Under the pieces are notes generated by a model. It ran no database searches. It saw only the letters and a program-made list of their open reading frames with translations, and was not told the origin of the DNA. DNA of 64,000 nucleotides, from the NCBI GenBank assembly GCA_021513695.1, contig CP084166.1, forward strand, positions 672,001 to 736,000, read 5' to 3'. This DNA is from Candidatus Heimdallarchaeum aukensis. GTDB taxonomy: Archaea; Asgardarchaeota; Heimdallarchaeia; Heimdallarchaeales; Heimdallarchaeaceae. Shown here one piece after another: positions 60,511-64,000 of this stretch (position 1 is its first letter; the number at the start of each line of letters is the position of its first letter). Position numbers and translations under genes: made by a program.

Positions 60511-60709
60511 AAATAAGATATGGATTTAAACCTTAAAAAAGAAATTGGTTCATTTTTTCTATTATTAAGACTTATTTGTAAATAAACGAGGAAAAAAGGC
60601 TTTGATTAAGTATCTAAAATATGCTTGTTAATTACTAAAATCTAAATAAAGTTTAAATTCTTTTACTTATCATTGTTTATAATCAGAAAAATCAAGTAGT
60701 TGATTACTA

Positions 60710-62038
60710 ATGCGTAAAGTAAAGATATCAGTAGTCTCATTATTAATAATTATAATTTCAGCAATTCTTTCAACTAACCAATTAGTTATAGTTGGACAAG
60801 TTGAAGAAGGGAAAAATTCTAGAGATTTAATAATTAATTCTTTCAATGCTACTGCTTCTGATAACTTTTTCAATGAAACAAAGGATCCAAGATATCACTT
60901 AATAACTAAACCCTTAACTCTATTATTTTATCCAAACAAAGGTTATCCTATAATTACTGAATATGACAAACAATTTTCTATTAAAGTTTCAGCTCCAGAA
61001 GAGACTACAGGATGGAATCTGAGTTTGATTTCAGAAACAGCTAACGTTTCGCTAGAAATTCTAAATACAAAGTTTGATTCTGAAAAAAAGAGATGGATCA
61101 TTGAAGTAAAACCAGAACAAGAAATTGAAGGATTATTTGATCTAAAACTTGTTTGCAGTGCAGGTAATGATTATCAAACTCATTCTGTAAAACTTGTGGC
61201 AAAATTTAGTTACCCCTTTTCATTTGTTCAAATAAGTGACAGTCACTTTCCAGGTTATGCTCCAGATATTAACAGTACAGCAATTGACCTTGAAGTAATC
61301 CAAAAAATCAAGGAGTTAAATCCTGATTTTGTAATCCACACGGGAGATGTAATTGATGGCCCAAATACGGTTTTTGTTGATCCTAATACAGGAAAATCAA
61401 TAGCAGCAGAAGTGCAACTTAAACTAGCTCTTTGGGCTTTAGATAAACTCGATGTCCCTGTTTTTATAGTTGCAGGAAACCACGATTTTGAAACAAGTAA
61501 TTTGATTCCAGATAACCCAGAGGAAGTGTGGAACAAATATTTTGGATATGGTCGTATTCAAAATTTCAGTTTTCTAGATTGGGATTTCACGGGATATAGT
61601 GTGTCTTTTGAAGGGTTATCCGATTTCTTTTATTCTTCATTGAGAGAGCATCTAGAACAAAACAGTAATGGTTCTGATGTCTTATATTATCATTATGATT
61701 TCAAAGAGCAAGCAACTAATATTCTAAAGAATTATAACATAGAGATAGCTTTATGGGGGCATGAGCACCGCGAAAGGTTTTACTATTCTCAAGGAACATT
61801 ATATCATTGCCAGGATGCAATGTTTAAGAATCAAGATAGCTATACTCTATTTACAATGGAAAGTGAAAACATTTTTACTGTGAAAGAAGAGACCTTCAAC
61901 ACTTCTACTTTTATAAGAGAAGAAACTGAAAGTCCAACTACTAAAACATCATTTCCTACAATATTATCACTGATTTTTCCTTTCTTTGTAACCACAATCT
62001 ATATGCTTAAAAGAAGAAAAATGTCAAGAAAAACATAG
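60710..62038 (+). CDS. secreted calcineurin-like metallophosphoesterase with C-terminal TM anchor
   Basis: Signal peptide, then FVQISDSHF, GDVIDG, GNHDF, WGHEHRE phosphoesterase motifs. C-terminal FPTILSLIFPFFVTTIYMLKRRK. Confidence 0.7.
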   Translation: MRKVKISVVSLLIIIISAILSTNQLVIVGQVEEGKNSRDLIINSFNATASDNFFNETKDPRYHLITKPLTLLFYPNKGYPIITEYDKQFSIKVSAPEETTGWNLSLISETANVSLEILNTKFDSEKKRWIIEVKPEQEIEGLFDLKLVCSAGNDYQTHSVKLVAKFSYPFSFVQISDSHFPGYAPDINSTAIDLEVIQKIKELNPDFVIHTGDVIDGPNTVFVDPNTGKSIAAEVQLKLALWALDKLDVPVFIVAGNHDFETSNLIPDNPEEVWNKYFGYGRIQNFSFLDWDFTGYSVSFEGLSDFFYSSLREHLEQNSNGSDVLYYHYDFKEQATNILKNYNIEIALWGHEHRERFYYSQGTLYHCQDAMFKNQDSYTLFTMESENIFTVKEETFNTSTFIREETESPTTKTSFPTILSLIFPFFVTTIYMLKRRKMSRKT

Positions 62039-62114
62039 CGAATAAGTAAAATTAACAACAGCCTTTATTTTTTTTTACTAAGATATAAATATATCAAGGA
62101 CTTTTATTATACAA

Positions 62115-62603
62115 ATGAGTATTGACATCGATTTGAGTCCTCTATCACACCCTTCGACTTTAAAGTTATTTTTATTTGCAAAATCTTGCTATCCTGATGA
62201 TTTTGGAGTGAGAGAAGCTAAAAGAAAATTAGAATTTCATAGCATAAGTAATGTCGCTTGGCACCTAAACAAACTTGAAGAAGCTGGATTAATCGAAAAA
62301 TTACCTTCAAACAGATATAAATTGCTAGAAAATAGTTTAAAAATTAAAGAAATTGAAGTCCCTGTAACACTAACAGCACAACTTATAAAAGATGAAATCA
62401 TTACAAAGAAGGTTTTTCTTTTATCTTTTATGATTACAGCAACAATAGCAACAATAATTGTAATTTTCTTCAACCCTTTAGTTGCAGCATTAAATGGGAT
62501 TTTTCTATTAGTTATTAATTGTGTATTTTATTTGGAAGAATATTTTTCAACTAAAAAACAACTTTCTTTTTACAAATGGAAAGAAAAAAAGAAGAATAAT
62601 TAA
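62115..62603 (+). CDS. membrane-anchored winged-helix (ArsR/MarR-like) protein
   Basis: SNVAWHLNKLEEAGLIEKLPSNRYKL wHTH followed by two TM helices. Confidence 0.4.
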   Translation: MSIDIDLSPLSHPSTLKLFLFAKSCYPDDFGVREAKRKLEFHSISNVAWHLNKLEEAGLIEKLPSNRYKLLENSLKIKEIEVPVTLTAQLIKDEIITKKVFLLSFMITATIATIIVIFFNPLVAALNGIFLLVINCVFYLEEYFSTKKQLSFYKWKEKKKNN

Positions 62604-62698
62604 GAAAAACCTTCTAGAAGAACTGTACTAGGTATTGAACACGAGTGTTCTTGTTCTAGTTTTATAAGTATAGAAAAATAATACTAAATTAGATTAAA

Positions 62699-64000
62699 AT
62701 GAAATTCAGAAATCCGATTTTAACTGGAATTATAATAGCACTAATAATAAGTGCTTTTTCAATAGGAGGGTTTCTTATTATAAGAAATACCTCTCCAGGG
62801 TTGATTGGACCAGGAGAAAATATTCAACAACAAATACCATTAGCTATCAATACTACTTTCGCAACTTATAATTTACAAGGATTGAATTATTCTCCCTCTA
62901 TAGTTCCAACAAAAATTAAGAGTGGGCTTTCAAATGTTGATCTTCAAGGATTAAAGGATGAACTGACATCAGATATAATTAAAGATTTAGAAGAATATGG
63001 TTTTGCTCTAGTGGACAAAGGAATAGAAGATATTTATGAACCTGTGGACTTCGATATGAATATCGAGACCCCTATGTATGTTAGTACTGATCTATGTTTA
63101 CACACTCTTCATTCACTATTCGATAACTACTTGCGTATTCTTGAGTATCAATATTTTAACGAATATTTTACAAGTATGGTAAAGGCATTAAGAGACAAAC
63201 AGATAGTAATATACGATGGTACTTCTGTCGAACAGTCTCTTAAGCCTATCTTAGAAAAGAATATTGCATATTTATCTGTAATCCTTAAGCTGTTGGATAA
63301 TGAAACATCTATACCAGATTATGTAGAAGATATAGTTAATGCAGAGTTAGAAAATATTAACTTAGGAATACCTGCTTACTCTTCTATTTTTGGCTATTTA
63401 GAAGACTTTTCGCAATACAAACCTAGAGGACATTATACCAGAAATGAAAAATTAGCAAGTTATTTCCAAGGAATGATGTATGCAGGAAGAATGAAATTCC
63501 TTTTAGATGACAAGACAGAAGAAAACACTTTAGGAATTGAGCAAACGAAGATGGCTTTATTATTGGTTTACACTCTTTCTGCAGAGTTAGACAATCAAGT
63601 TATATGGGATTACTGGGATAAAATTGTTAGAACAACTAGTTTTCTTGTAGGAATAAGCGATGATCTTACACCAAAGGAATATTATGAAGTGTGGTTAAAC
63701 CAGACAGATGGAAATATTGAACTATCTGCACTAACAGACGAAGATTTTGTAAAAGAGATTATAGTAGAATTGCAAAAACTACGTGCACCAAAGATAAATT
63801 CAAGGATCACAGCAGCTTTTGAAGGCGAAGAAAGCTCTGAAAAAGGAATGAGTTTGTTTGGACAAAGCTATACCCCTGACGCATATATTTTCCAAGAACT
63901 AGTATATGATAATTTACCTAATCGAATGTTTCCAAAAGGTTTAGATATTTTCTCTGTGTTTGGAAGTGAAAGAGCAGAATACCATCTAGAAGCAGAAAAG
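62699..64000 (+). CDS. DUF3160-like secreted/membrane-anchored protein, partial (continues past window end)
   Basis: ORF not in the track because it has no stop within the window. N-terminal TM (ILTGIIIALIISAFSIGGFLII), then a soluble domain with the YKPRGHYT motif that I associate with DUF3160. Confidence 0.4.
   Translation, partial: MKFRNPILTGIIIALIISAFSIGGFLIIRNTSPGLIGPGENIQQQIPLAINTTFATYNLQGLNYSPSIVPTKIKSGLSNVDLQGLKDELTSDIIKDLEEYGFALVDKGIEDIYEPVDFDMNIETPMYVSTDLCLHTLHSLFDNYLRILEYQYFNEYFTSMVKALRDKQIVIYDGTSVEQSLKPILEKNIAYLSVILKLLDNETSIPDYVEDIVNAELENINLGIPAYSSIFGYLEDFSQYKPRGHYTRNEKLASYFQGMMYAGRMKFLLDDKTEENTLGIEQTKMALLLVYTLSAELDNQVIWDYWDKIVRTTSFLVGISDDLTPKEYYEVWLNQTDGNIELSALTDEDFVKEIIVELQKLRAPKINSRITAAFEGEESSEKGMSLFGQSYTPDAYIFQELVYDNLPNRMFPKGLDIFSVFGSERAEYHLEAEK

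Noticed and set aside
1-64000. CRISPR arrays, rRNA and tRNA genes
   Set aside because: I scanned the longer intergenic regions (2250-2620, 27610-27950, 29530-29785, 43800-44100, 46300-46630) for regularly spaced direct repeats and for GC-rich cloverleaf-sized islands. None were found. The only large direct repeat is the 2.46-kb tandem duplication.

Overview
This is a very AT-rich window (about 30% GC by eye), gene-dense on both strands. The organism is probably an anaerobic archaeon, possibly Asgard/Lokiarchaeia-like. The evidence is weak: TTTAAATA/TTTTATAT-like boxes sit about 25-30 nt upstream of several start codons, which fits leaderless archaeal transcripts. Secreted proteins carry a C-terminal TM anchor. 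A bacterial-type RNase III is also present, so the taxonomy is not settled.

Recognisable gene content:
- ABC-2 and MdlB-type ABC transporters
- TldD/PmbA
- FeoAB and rubrerythrin
- DegV
- tungsten-type aldehyde:ferredoxin oxidoreductase (AOR) plus a polyferredoxin
- several membrane sensor histidine kinases
- an M19 dipeptidase
- an MFS transporter
- a UbiA-family (heme O synthase-like) prenyltransferase
- a YrdC/Sua5 protein
- RNase III

Features worth a second look:
- (i) A defence-island-like cluster at 12.4-16.6 kb: a beta-class DNA methyltransferase, a patatin-like phospholipase, an AAA_21-type ABC ATPase, and a translationally coupled small Toprim-like protein broken by a poly-A frameshift.
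- (ii) A TnpB-only IS200/IS605-family element with clearly higher GC that has split an ABC ATPase gene.
- (iii) A near-perfect 2.46-kb tandem duplication that creates truncated second copies of a DUF1015-like gene and of AOR.
- (iv) A poorly characterised conserved cluster: two ferredoxin-containing MinD-like ATPases, two NifX-like proteins, two DUF134 proteins, and a DUF5320-like Gly/Tyr/Arg-rich low-complexity protein.
- (v) A translationally coupled pair (coiled-coil protein plus LRR protein) that share a C-terminal module.
- (vi) A decayed response-regulator gene.

No CRISPR array, rRNA or convincing tRNA was seen. All calls come from reading the sequence and ORF translations. No database search was run.
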